Source: FCB group bacterium
GTDB taxonomy: Bacteria > Hydrogenedentota > Hydrogenedentia > Hydrogenedentales > SLHB01
Direction of reading: 5' to 3'
Length of the DNA stretch: 32,436 bases
NCBI GenBank assembly: GCA_034004565.1
Contig: JAVEWL010000001.1
Span: 1 to 32,436, forward strand
The translations under genes were made by a program, and so were the position numbers. The notes beneath the pieces were generated by a model. That model saw nothing but the letters and a program-made list of their open reading frames with translations. It did not search any database and had not been told where the DNA came from. Positions 1 through 8,293 of this stretch are shown piece by piece; the stretch's first letter is position 1, and each line of letters begins with the position of its first letter.

Positions 1-2980
1 CAGCCCGCCCTTGCCGTCTCGGACGCCCTATCTTGTCGTCGGCGCTTTCCGTCAGCGTGATGGGGCCGGTGTCCGCGCCCCTGCGAACCTCCACGGGATT
101 TCCCTCGAAGGGGAAGACACCTTCTAAGGCTCCAGCCGTTACGTAGTACTGGCCCTCGGGCAAGAACTCAAGCCGGAAAGATCCATCGGCCTGCGTCTTG
201 GCGCCCTGCGCCAACGCGCGCATGAAATTGTTCCAACTCGATTCGTTCTTGCTCCAGTCTGCCGCGGCCACATCGAGCAGCTCCGCCGGAAGCACGTTTA
301 AGCGCCGGTCGGCAACCGGTTCGCCTGCTTCATCGGTCAAGTAGCCGGTGATCGCGCCGCCTTGACCAAAGACGGCCTTTACCGGGGAATTGAAGTCGCC
401 CCCGTTCTTTCGTTCGGCGAATAGCGGCGGAGATAGGTCTATGTTCGTCACCGAGGCCGTGTAGCCGCCCTTAATCGCGTACAGCGTGTTGGAGCCCAAC
501 TCGATGCGCGAGTCTGAAACCATCCCCGAAGCCGAGACGATAAACACTTCCATCGCTTTGTTCTGAAGCGGGAGTTCCGCGCCATTTTCGTCGACCGGCA
601 GGATATTGCTCTTAGCCAGCGTGAGATAAGCCCGTTTCGTTTCCGCGCTGGAAGGCGCTATGCACAGCAGTACTTCCTCGTTAGTTGGCGCGACGAAATT
701 CACGATGGCCTCACCTTTCTCAAGGCTGTACTCACCCGGCGGCAATCCCTCGAGCAGGCATACGCCATTGGCATCCGCCGTTTCGGCGAGATAGATGCAC
801 CCCGTGCGCCCCGTAAACCTGCCGTCACTGGCGTAGTAGGCTTTGGTGAACACGACGTTGAAGTCCGCGTCTGCCGCCGGTTGCCCGTTCGCGTCGACGA
901 CGAGGGTATAACTATCCGGCTTAACGTGGTCGAGTGTAAAGACGCCATTTCCCTTCTTCAACGTCAGCACACTCGCGGAATGATCGGCTATCAGCAGGAG
1001 ATTCCTGATTTCATCCGGAACCCGCTCAAAGGCCGGCGTGCGCAACTCGATCACGACCCTGCCGCACGGCGGAAACACAAAATCCTGTGTTGCCATCTCG
1101 TCCATCACTAAATCGAGCGTAGCGCTTTCGCTTTTCAAGTTGGTGCCGCTGGCATACAGAGTGAATCGGCCGCCATCGTGCGGCATGACGTATCCTCCAT
1201 CCGCATCGGTCGTCGCCCCGCTTTGGGCTCCGCCCTCGCCTGCCACCATCTCGCGCATGATGCTCACGCCGGGCGCGGGGGTGCCGTCGGCGCTCGTGAC
1301 GCGGCCCGTGACGACCGCCCGCTGCGCATTCAATCGTACTTCCACGAAGGTGGGTACTCCCGGACGGCGCTCGCCGCGGACCGTTACCGGCGTGTAGGCG
1401 TTGGAGGTCACGCGCAGTGTGAAGGGGCCGTAACCGGTTGCTCTCGGCGCATACTTGAAGCGGCCTTCGTCCTTCGATTGGCATGTCATGCCGGGTGTGA
1501 GCATGGGGATTCCGCTCAGCGCAACTTCGACATCATTCACGGGTTCGCCCGTCGTCGCGTCGACCACGACGCCCCGCACGGCGCTGGTCGCATCGTCGAT
1601 GGATACGTTTTGCTCGGTGCGCTTCCCGCTCTGGACGAAGCCCCCATCACAGGCCGAAAAGTCCAGCGTCTTTTCGGGCGTCGGCTTCTCCATGCCGATG
1701 AGGTATCTGCCCGCAGCCAGACCACGGGCTTCGCACTTTCCCTGCGCATCGGTGAATACTTCGCGCGCGGTATCGTACGCGGGTGCGAAGAAATCTTCCT
1801 GTTTCATGTCCCTGTCTCGCATAATCGCGGCCAATTTCGCCTGCACGGCTTCAAAAGCTTCCCGCGTCCCTACCGCATTCGAGAGAATCGAGGCCCCTGA
1901 TCCGTTTTCGATGCGAGGCTCGTCCATGGCGTTCAGCACGGCATCGGCGGTGTTGGTATCGAGGCCCGCTTGGCGCAGCAGGGGACCCAACTTCGCACGG
2001 TTAATGCGAACCGGTACAAGCCATAACCGGGTGTTTGCAGCCACGGGCGGCACGACCTTTCGACCGGCCTCGCTGGGTACGCGGAAGGTCACCTTCAGCG
2101 CGAGGTCGCCGGTGGTCGCGACTTTGACCGGTTGGGATCCTTTCGGCGACACGGGTGACACCTCGCTACCGGAGAAGGCTTCACGCTCCGCAACAGCCTT
2201 ACTCGCACTCCCCGCCGCAGCCGAGGCCGGCCACGCAGGCCGCCAGCTCGTGCCGGCGGCAACGACGGTGACGGCGACCACGGCGACTGGTAACGTCACA
2301 AGCGCCAGTTTCGTCAATACCGCGAGACCGGTCGAGGTGCTTCCCGCGGCGGCGCCGGCTTTCCAGGGGACCGTGGCCAGGGGGAGCGCGGCGAGCACGC
2401 GGGCCTTCTGTTCGCGCTCCTCACTCTCGGGAAGGGTTTGCGGTTCGAGGTGCGCGAAAAGCTCTTCGCCCACGGATTTGCGACCGTATTGCAGGCGTTT
2501 CCGGAGTGCGCTTTCGCGGATATCGAGGCAACGCGCGGCCTCGGATACGGTGAGGCCTTCGACATAGAAGAGGGTCATGGCGTCGCGGATCTTTTCGGGC
2601 AGGCGCGCGATGGCTTGGCGTACCCATTCGACCGTTTCGCGCTGCATCGCCTCGACGTCCGCAGGAGGCGCTACGCGCGGCGCTTCCGACGCGAGGTGCG
2701 TGTCGAGCTGCATGCGGCGGCTCTGCCCGCGCAGCCACGAGTAGCACTGGTTGCTCGCGATGCGCGCGAGCCAGGGGCCGAAACGGGCTCGATCGCGCAG
2801 GCGGTCCAGTTGCAGGTAGCCCTGGAGGAAGACTTCCTGCACGAGGTCGTCGTGCGAGGAGGCATTTGCCACGCGGCTGCGGCACAGGCCGCGCACCATC
2901 GGCAGGTATCGATCGACCAAGGCCTCGAATTGCGCCGTGTCGCCCGCAAGTATTTGCGCTACCAGTTGATCATCACGCAT
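1..2980 (-). CDS. ECF (sigma-70 family) sigma factor fused to one transmembrane helix and >700 aa of carboxypeptidase-regulatory-like beta-sandwich repeats; C-terminus lies beyond the window
   Basis: Absent from the ORF track because it has no stop in the window. Hand translation from ATG 2980-2978 gives MRDDQLVAQILAGDTAQFEALVDRYLPMVRGLCRSRV..DDLVQEVFLQGY (region 2) and LPEKIRDAMTLFYVEGLTVSEAARCLDIRESALRKRLQYGRK (region 4 HTH). LALVTLPVAVVAVTVVAAG (TM) follows with no stop in between; I checked this codon by codon over 2581-2396. Repeats follow, e.g. VRGVVVDATTGEPVNDVEV, VVTGRVTSADGTPAPGVSI and ITGYLTDEAGEPVADRRLNV. The frame is open down to position 2. A GGGGAG Shine-Dalgarno (SD) sits 9 nt upstream. 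Confidence 0.8.
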   Translation of the reverse strand, partial: MRDDQLVAQILAGDTAQFEALVDRYLPMVRGLCRSRVANASSHDDLVQEVFLQGYLQLDRLRDRARFGPWLARIASNQCYSWLRGQSRRMQLDTHLASEAPRVAPPADVEAMQRETVEWVRQAIARLPEKIRDAMTLFYVEGLTVSEAARCLDIRESALRKRLQYGRKSVGEELFAHLEPQTLPESEEREQKARVLAALPLATVPWKAGAAAGSTSTGLAVLTKLALVTLPVAVVAVTVVAAGTSWRPAWPASAAAGSASKAVAEREAFSGSEVSPVSPKGSQPVKVATTGDLALKVTFRVPSEAGRKVVPPVAANTRLWLVPVRINRAKLGPLLRQAGLDTNTADAVLNAMDEPRIENGSGASILSNAVGTREAFEAVQAKLAAIMRDRDMKQEDFFAPAYDTAREVFTDAQGKCEARGLAAGRYLIGMEKPTPEKTLDFSACDGGFVQSGKRTEQNVSIDDATSAVRGVVVDATTGEPVNDVEVALSGIPMLTPGMTCQSKDEGRFKYAPRATGYGPFTLRVTSNAYTPVTVRGERRPGVPTFVEVRLNAQRAVVTGRVTSADGTPAPGVSIMREMVAGEGGAQSGATTDADGGYVMPHDGGRFTLYASGTNLKSESATLDLVMDEMATQDFVFPPCGRVVIELRTPAFERVPDEIRNLLLIADHSASVLTLKKGNGVFTLDHVKPDSYTLVVDANGQPAADADFNVVFTKAYYASDGRFTGRTGCIYLAETADANGVCLLEGLPPGEYSLEKGEAIVNFVAPTNEEVLLCIAPSSAETKRAYLTLAKSNILPVDENGAELPLQNKAMEVFIVSASGMVSDSRIELGSNTLYAIKGGYTASVTNIDLSPPLFAERKNGGDFNSPVKAVFGQGGAITGYLTDEAGEPVADRRLNVLPAELLDVAAADWSKNESSWNNFMRALAQGAKTQADGSFRLEFLPEGQYYVTAGALEGVFPFEGNPVEVRRGADTGPITLTESADDKIGRPRRQGRA

Positions 2981-3096
2981 CGGTCCAACTCCCCGCGTCA
3001 GCATAGAGGAAAGTTCATTGAGCTTCACCCTTACCGACGCCTGGGGGGATAAGAAGGTGATATGGGGGCAGAGAATTGAGCAAGCGGCCGAAGTCC

Positions 3097-3470
3097 GGAA
3101 AACGGGGACTGTTCCACTTTTGCTTGGCTTCCGATTACCTGCGAAGCCCCCAACTTGCCTTTGCCATCAGAGTCAACCGGCCCCCTCAACCAAAAGTGGA
3201 AACTGTCCTTGCTTTCCGGGAAGGGAATGGGAGCTATGGGAGGCATGGGAAGGATGGGAGCTATAAACACTCCTTCCGGCTTAGTCTATGTGGTCCATAC
3301 AGTCCATCACGTCCATAAGGTCCATCGGCTTTGGCGGAAAGCGGGGACGGAAAGCGGGGACAGTTTCCACTTTTGGTTGAGGGGGCTGGTTGACTGTGTG
3401 GGCAAAGGCGAGTTGGGGGCTTCGCAGATAGGCCTTGGGCTCATCAAAAGTGGAACAGTCCCCGTTTTCC
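3097..3470. repeat. Composite 374-nt palindrome: two inverted copies of a 121-122-nt TIR element (3097-3217 forward, 3349-3470 reverse) around a core with two inverted 4x9-nt arrays
   Basis: The outer ends GGAAAACGGGGACTGTTCCACTTTTG (3097-3122) and CAAAAGTGGAACAGTCCCCGTTTTCC (3445-3470) are perfect 26-nt reverse complements. The inner ends (3191-3217 and 3349-3375) are complementary with 2 mismatches. The core holds ATGGGAGCT/ATGGGAGGC/ATGGGAAGG/ATGGGAGCT (3227-3262) and GTCCATACA/GTCCATCAC/GTCCATAAG/GTCCATCGG (3293-3328). Confidence 0.9.
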
Positions 3471-3494
3471 GGGTCATGGCTCTGCGGCCGTTCT

Positions 3495-4531
3495 TTAATT
3501 GCCCAAGGGAATTGGTGTTGTCTTAAGGCTTCCGGGCGGGGGTGGGACGTGGATTTCGCAGGCGGCGCGGTGGCCGGGGTTGTGCGGGTCGACGTCGATG
3601 AGCTCCTGCTCGTTGACGCGGCAGGGGGCCACGCAATCGGGGCAGCGCGTGTGGAACAGGCAGCCGGGCGGGGGATTGATGGGGCTGGGCACGTCGCCTT
3701 TGAGGATCACGCGCGTGCGGTGCAGGCTGGGGTCTGGAATGGGCACTGCGGAGAGCAATGCCGCCGTGTAGGGATGCGCGGGGGAATTGAAGATTTGCTC
3801 GACGGGCCCTATCTCCATGATGCGGCCGAGGTACATCACGGCGACGTAGTCGGCGATGTGCTGCACGACGCTGAGGTCGTGTCCGATGAAGAGGTACGTC
3901 AGCCCGAGGCGGTCTTGCAGGTCTTCGAGGAGGTTCAATATCTGCGCCTGGATGGACACGTCGAGCGCGGACACGGGTTCGTCGGCGACGATGAGGTCGG
4001 GTTCGACCGCGAGGGCCCGCGCGATGCCGATGCGCTGGCGCTGGCCGCCGGAGAACTCGTTTGGATAGCGGTCGGCCGCCTCGGCGCCCAGGCCCACCAA
4101 ATCGAGCAGCTCGGCAACCCGGTCGCGGCGTTTCTCGCGCGGCACGGTGCCGTGGGCGCGCAGGGCCTCGCTGATGGTGCTGTAGACGGTCATGCGCGGG
4201 TTCAGCGAGCCGTAGGGATCCTGGAAGATGAGCTGCATGCGTTTGCGCATGGGGCGCATCTGCGCCGCTGACAACTCGGTGATGTCCTGGCCGTCGAAAA
4301 CGATGCGTCCCGAGGTCGGCTCCAGCAGGCGCAGGATCAGGCGGCCCGCGGTGGTTTTGCCGCTGCCGCTTTCGCCCACGAGTGCGAGGGTCTTGCCGCG
4401 CGGGATGGCGAAGGTAAGTCCGTCCACCGCGCGCACGTGTCCGCTGACCTGCGAGAACACGCCCTTGCGGATGGGGAAATGCTTCACCAGGTTTTCGACG
4501 ACGACCAGATTCCCGTTGGATTCGGCGGCAC

Positions 4532-4535
<4 letters not shown>
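3495..4535 (-). CDS. oppF: Oligopeptide/dipeptide ABC transporter ATP-binding protein (OppF/DppF-like)
   Basis: Walker [10 protein letters not shown], signature FSGGQRQR, Walker B LIVADEP, and a C-terminal Cys-rich oligopeptide-transporter tail ([11 protein letters not shown]). The GTG start overlaps the upstream stop as GTGA. Confidence 0.9.
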
Positions 4536-5572
<1,037 letters not shown>

Positions 5573-5600
5573 TGCGCTCCGATTTAGGGTCCAGGGTCTC

Positions 5601-5627
5601 GTAACTAATAACTAGTAACTAATAACT
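5601..5627. repeat. AT-rich 7-nt-period block (GTAACTA ATAACTA GTAACTA ATAACT) with stop codons in all six frames, between the oppC and oppD genes
   Basis: TAA/TAG recurs every 7 nt on the plus strand and TAG every 7 nt on the minus strand. A related block lies at 25958-25990. Confidence 0.8.
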
Positions 5628-5630
5628 TCT

Positions 5631-6677
5631 TCACTGCCTCATCCTCGGGTCCATGGCGTCGCGGAGGCCGTCGCCCACGAGGTTAAACGCCGTGACGGTG
5701 ATGAAGATTGCCGCGCCGGGGAACGTGACGAGCCACCAGGCGAAATCGACGTAGCGCTGCGATTGCGAGAGGAGTTCGCCCCAACTCGGTGCGGGGGGCG
5801 GTACGCCGAAGCCCAGGAAGCTTAGCGCCGACTCGGTTAAGATGGCGCCGGCCACGCCGAAGGTGGCGGTGACGAACACGGGCGACAGCGCGTTGGGCAG
5901 CACGTGGCGGAAGATGATGCGCGAGTTGCGCAGGCCCGTCGCGCGGGCCGCCGTGACGAAATCGCTCTCGCGCAGCTTCAGGAACTCGCCGCGCACGAGA
6001 CGCGCCGCGCCGGTCCAGCCCGTAATGCCGAGGACGATCATGATGTTGTAAATGCTGGGCGGCAGGAACGCGATGAGCGCGAGGATGAGAATGAACGTCG
6101 GGAAGCACAACATGATTTCGATGAGCCGCAGCGCCACCATGTCCACCCAACCCGAGTAGTATCCCGCGAGCGCCCCGATGATGATCCCGATGAGGATCGC
6201 GAGTCCCGCCGCGACGAAGCCCACCGACATCGAGATGCGTGTGCCCCAGATCATGCGGCTCAGCACGTCACGGCCGCGGTCGTCCGTGCCCAGCCAATGG
6301 TCGGCGGTGGGACCTTCGAGCTTACGCAGCAGGTCCGAGCGCTCCGGCGCGAAGGGAATCGGCGGACGCACGATGCGCTCGCCCGCGCCGGCCTCCCAGG
6401 AGGGGAAATCAAAGTTGACGAGGTCGCGGTACGAAATGACATTCGGGAAGAGGTACGTCGTGTTGCCCATCTTGAGGTATATGGGCTTGTCGCCCGCCAG
6501 GAACGGCGCAAACACCGCCACGCCCATCAATACAGCAAGCACGCAAAGCCCCACCACCGCCAGCTTGTTGCGGCGGAATTGCCGCCACACCAAGTGCCAA
6601 TAGCCTTGGCGTGGCGCGGACTTCACGTTCTCTGTGGGAAGTGTGTTCAAACTTGATGTTTCCAAGTGCCGTTGCAA
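5631..6677 (-). CDS. oppC: ABC transporter permease (OppC/DppC-like)
   Basis: Multi-TM protein with the binding-protein-dependent transport EAA-loop region (ESDFVTAARATGLRNSRIIFRHVLPN). Sits in the opp operon. Confidence 0.9.
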   Translation of the reverse strand: MQRHLETSSLNTLPTENVKSAPRQGYWHLVWRQFRRNKLAVVGLCVLAVLMGVAVFAPFLAGDKPIYLKMGNTTYLFPNVISYRDLVNFDFPSWEAGAGERIVRPPIPFAPERSDLLRKLEGPTADHWLGTDDRGRDVLSRMIWGTRISMSVGFVAAGLAILIGIIIGALAGYYSGWVDMVALRLIEIMLCFPTFILILALIAFLPPSIYNIMIVLGITGWTGAARLVRGEFLKLRESDFVTAARATGLRNSRIIFRHVLPNALSPVFVTATFGVAGAILTESALSFLGFGVPPPAPSWGELLSQSQRYVDFAWWLVTFPGAAIFITVTAFNLVGDGLRDAMDPRMRQ

Positions 6678-6715
6678 GGGTGCGTCCCGCGCCGATGAAG
6701 GAATCCTCTCTTCCT

Positions 6716-6749
6716 CCCTCTCCCTCTGGGAGAGGGGTGGGGTGAGGGC
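6716..6749. repeat. Intra-operon GC-rich hairpin / REP-like repeat (CCCTCTCCC-TCT-GGGAGAGGG followed by GTGGGGTGAGGGC)
   Basis: Perfect 9-bp stem at 6716-6724 / 6728-6736, between the small membrane-protein gene and oppC. Confidence 0.7.
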
Positions 6750-6792
6750 TTCCGCAGGCCTTGGTCTGTCCGTGATTCTATGCCAGATTGCC

Positions 6793-7203
6793 TCATTGCC
6801 TGACTCCCATCAACTGCATGATCCGAATGGCGCCCCACAAGGCTGCCGGAATCGTTATTAGCGCGAGTCCCAGGCCAAGACCCATCTTCAAGAGCAACGG
6901 ACCCGCATCGAGATCTTTTCGAATAAACACGCGGAGGGGCAGTTCAGCAAACCATCCCAGCGAGTAGAGCGCATTAATGATAAACGGGGCGAATAAGAGG
7001 ACGACGGGCTCCACCGGATCTTCGCCGGGCTCCAGGTAGCCGGTGCTCAGTATCGACGCGTAGAAAATGATCAAACAGACAATCCCGTACACCCCGATGA
7101 TGATGTTGAAGGGAATGCGGCGCAGTTCCCACCATACCCATGCTCTCCACGGGCTTACGGGAGGCGGGGGTGGCGAGAAGAACCACGTAACAGGGTTTAT
7201 CAT
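6793..7203 (-). CDS. Hypothetical small integral membrane protein (136 aa, about 3 TM) embedded in the opp operon
   Basis: Hydrophobic segments FNIIIGVYGIVCLIIFYASIL, VVLLFAPFIINALYSLGWF and LGLGLGLALITIPAALWGAI. GGGGGAAAG SD upstream. Same strand as the flanking opp genes. I recognise no family. Confidence 0.6.
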   Translation of the reverse strand: MINPVTWFFSPPPPPVSPWRAWVWWELRRIPFNIIIGVYGIVCLIIFYASILSTGYLEPGEDPVEPVVLLFAPFIINALYSLGWFAELPLRVFIRKDLDAGPLLLKMGLGLGLALITIPAALWGAIRIMQLMGVRQ

Positions 7204-7284
7204 TCTTCTTTCCCCCGGCGCCGCCCGCCGCAGAAGGTCAGGGGCCGATATCCAGGCTGCGGCGCGTCGTGCTCTATAACCGCG

Positions 7285-8283
7285 CTACTCAAACTTAATC
7301 CTCGGATCGACCACCGCGTACAGGATATCCGAAATGATCAACCCTACCAGCGTCAGCAGGGCGTCAATCGACAATATCCCCATGATGAGGGGGTAATCGC
7401 GCGAGAGAATCGCCTCGAAGCTCAGGCGGCCCATGCCGGGGATCGAGAAGATCCGCTCGATGATGACGCTGCCGCCCAGCATGGCCGGCAGCAGCGTGCC
7501 CAGCAAGGTCACGATGGGGATGAGCGAGTTGCGCAGGGTGTACTTGTAGATGACCGTGCGTTCCGTGAAGCCGTAGGCGCGGGCCGTGCGCACGTAGTCC
7601 TTGCGTACCTCCTCGATGATGCCCGCGCGCGCATAGCGCGACAGGCCGGCCAGCCCCGCGTAGCTCAGGCAGAACACCGGCAGCACCAGATGCCACCCCC
7701 GGTCCAGGAGCCAGCGTCCCCAGCCCAACTGCTCCGCGCCGTCCGAACTGATGCCGTATACCGGAAACCAGTTGAGCCACTGGCCGCCGCCAAGAAAGTA
7801 AATGAGCAGCATCGCCACCCAGAAGCTCGGCAGGCTATAGAGCAGAAACAGAAGCAACGTGGTGAGGTTGTCGCCAAAACTTCGCTGGTGGGTTGCGGAG
7901 TACACCCCCAAGGGGATCGCGATCAGGTAAACCAGCAGAATCGAAATCAGGTTGAGTTGGATCGTTATCGGCAGTGTCTCGGCAATCTTCGTGATCACCG
8001 GCCGGTGATCCTTGTACGATTCGCCGAAGTCGAACGTGACCAGCTTGCCCATCCAAATGAAGTAGCGCTGGTACATCGGCTTGTCCATGCCGTAGAGCTT
8101 CTTGAGTTGCTCGACGTACTCCGGCGGGACACTCGCCGCCGACTGGCCGCCCTCGCCCATGCTCATGAGGCGCAGGGCGACGGGGTTTCCCGGCGCGAGC
8201 TGCACGACCATGAACGTGATGATGCTGATGCCGATGAAAGTCGGCACGATCAGCAGCGCACGGCGTATCAGGTATGCTTTCAA
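7285..8283 (-). CDS. oppB: ABC transporter permease (OppB/DppB-like)
   Basis: Multi-TM protein with an EAA-loop region (KDYVRTARAYGFTERTVIYKYTLRNSLIP) and a typical OppB N-terminus (MKAYLIRRALLIVPTFIGISIITF). Confidence 0.9.
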   Translation of the reverse strand: MKAYLIRRALLIVPTFIGISIITFMVVQLAPGNPVALRLMSMGEGGQSAASVPPEYVEQLKKLYGMDKPMYQRYFIWMGKLVTFDFGESYKDHRPVITKIAETLPITIQLNLISILLVYLIAIPLGVYSATHQRSFGDNLTTLLLFLLYSLPSFWVAMLLIYFLGGGQWLNWFPVYGISSDGAEQLGWGRWLLDRGWHLVLPVFCLSYAGLAGLSRYARAGIIEEVRKDYVRTARAYGFTERTVIYKYTLRNSLIPIVTLLGTLLPAMLGGSVIIERIFSIPGMGRLSFEAILSRDYPLIMGILSIDALLTLVGLIISDILYAVVDPRIKFE

Positions 8284-8293
8284 GGGTTAATCG

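Noticed and set aside
1038-2567. Plus-strand ORFs 1038-1397, 1178-1900 and 1455-2567, and minus-strand fragments 1026-1484 and 2421-2885
   Set aside because: All overlap the long open minus-strand frame that encodes the fused ECF protein. Their translations are Arg/Ser/Pro-rich junk.
3018-3526. Small ORFs with repetitive peptides (MGAMGGMGRMG, HTVHHVHKVH) inside the palindromic repeat. Similar ones occur at 18304-18603 and 20786-21331.
   Set aside because: They are translations of 9-nt-period repeats and inverted repeats. Mirror-image ORFs occur on both strands, and there are no ribosome-binding sites.
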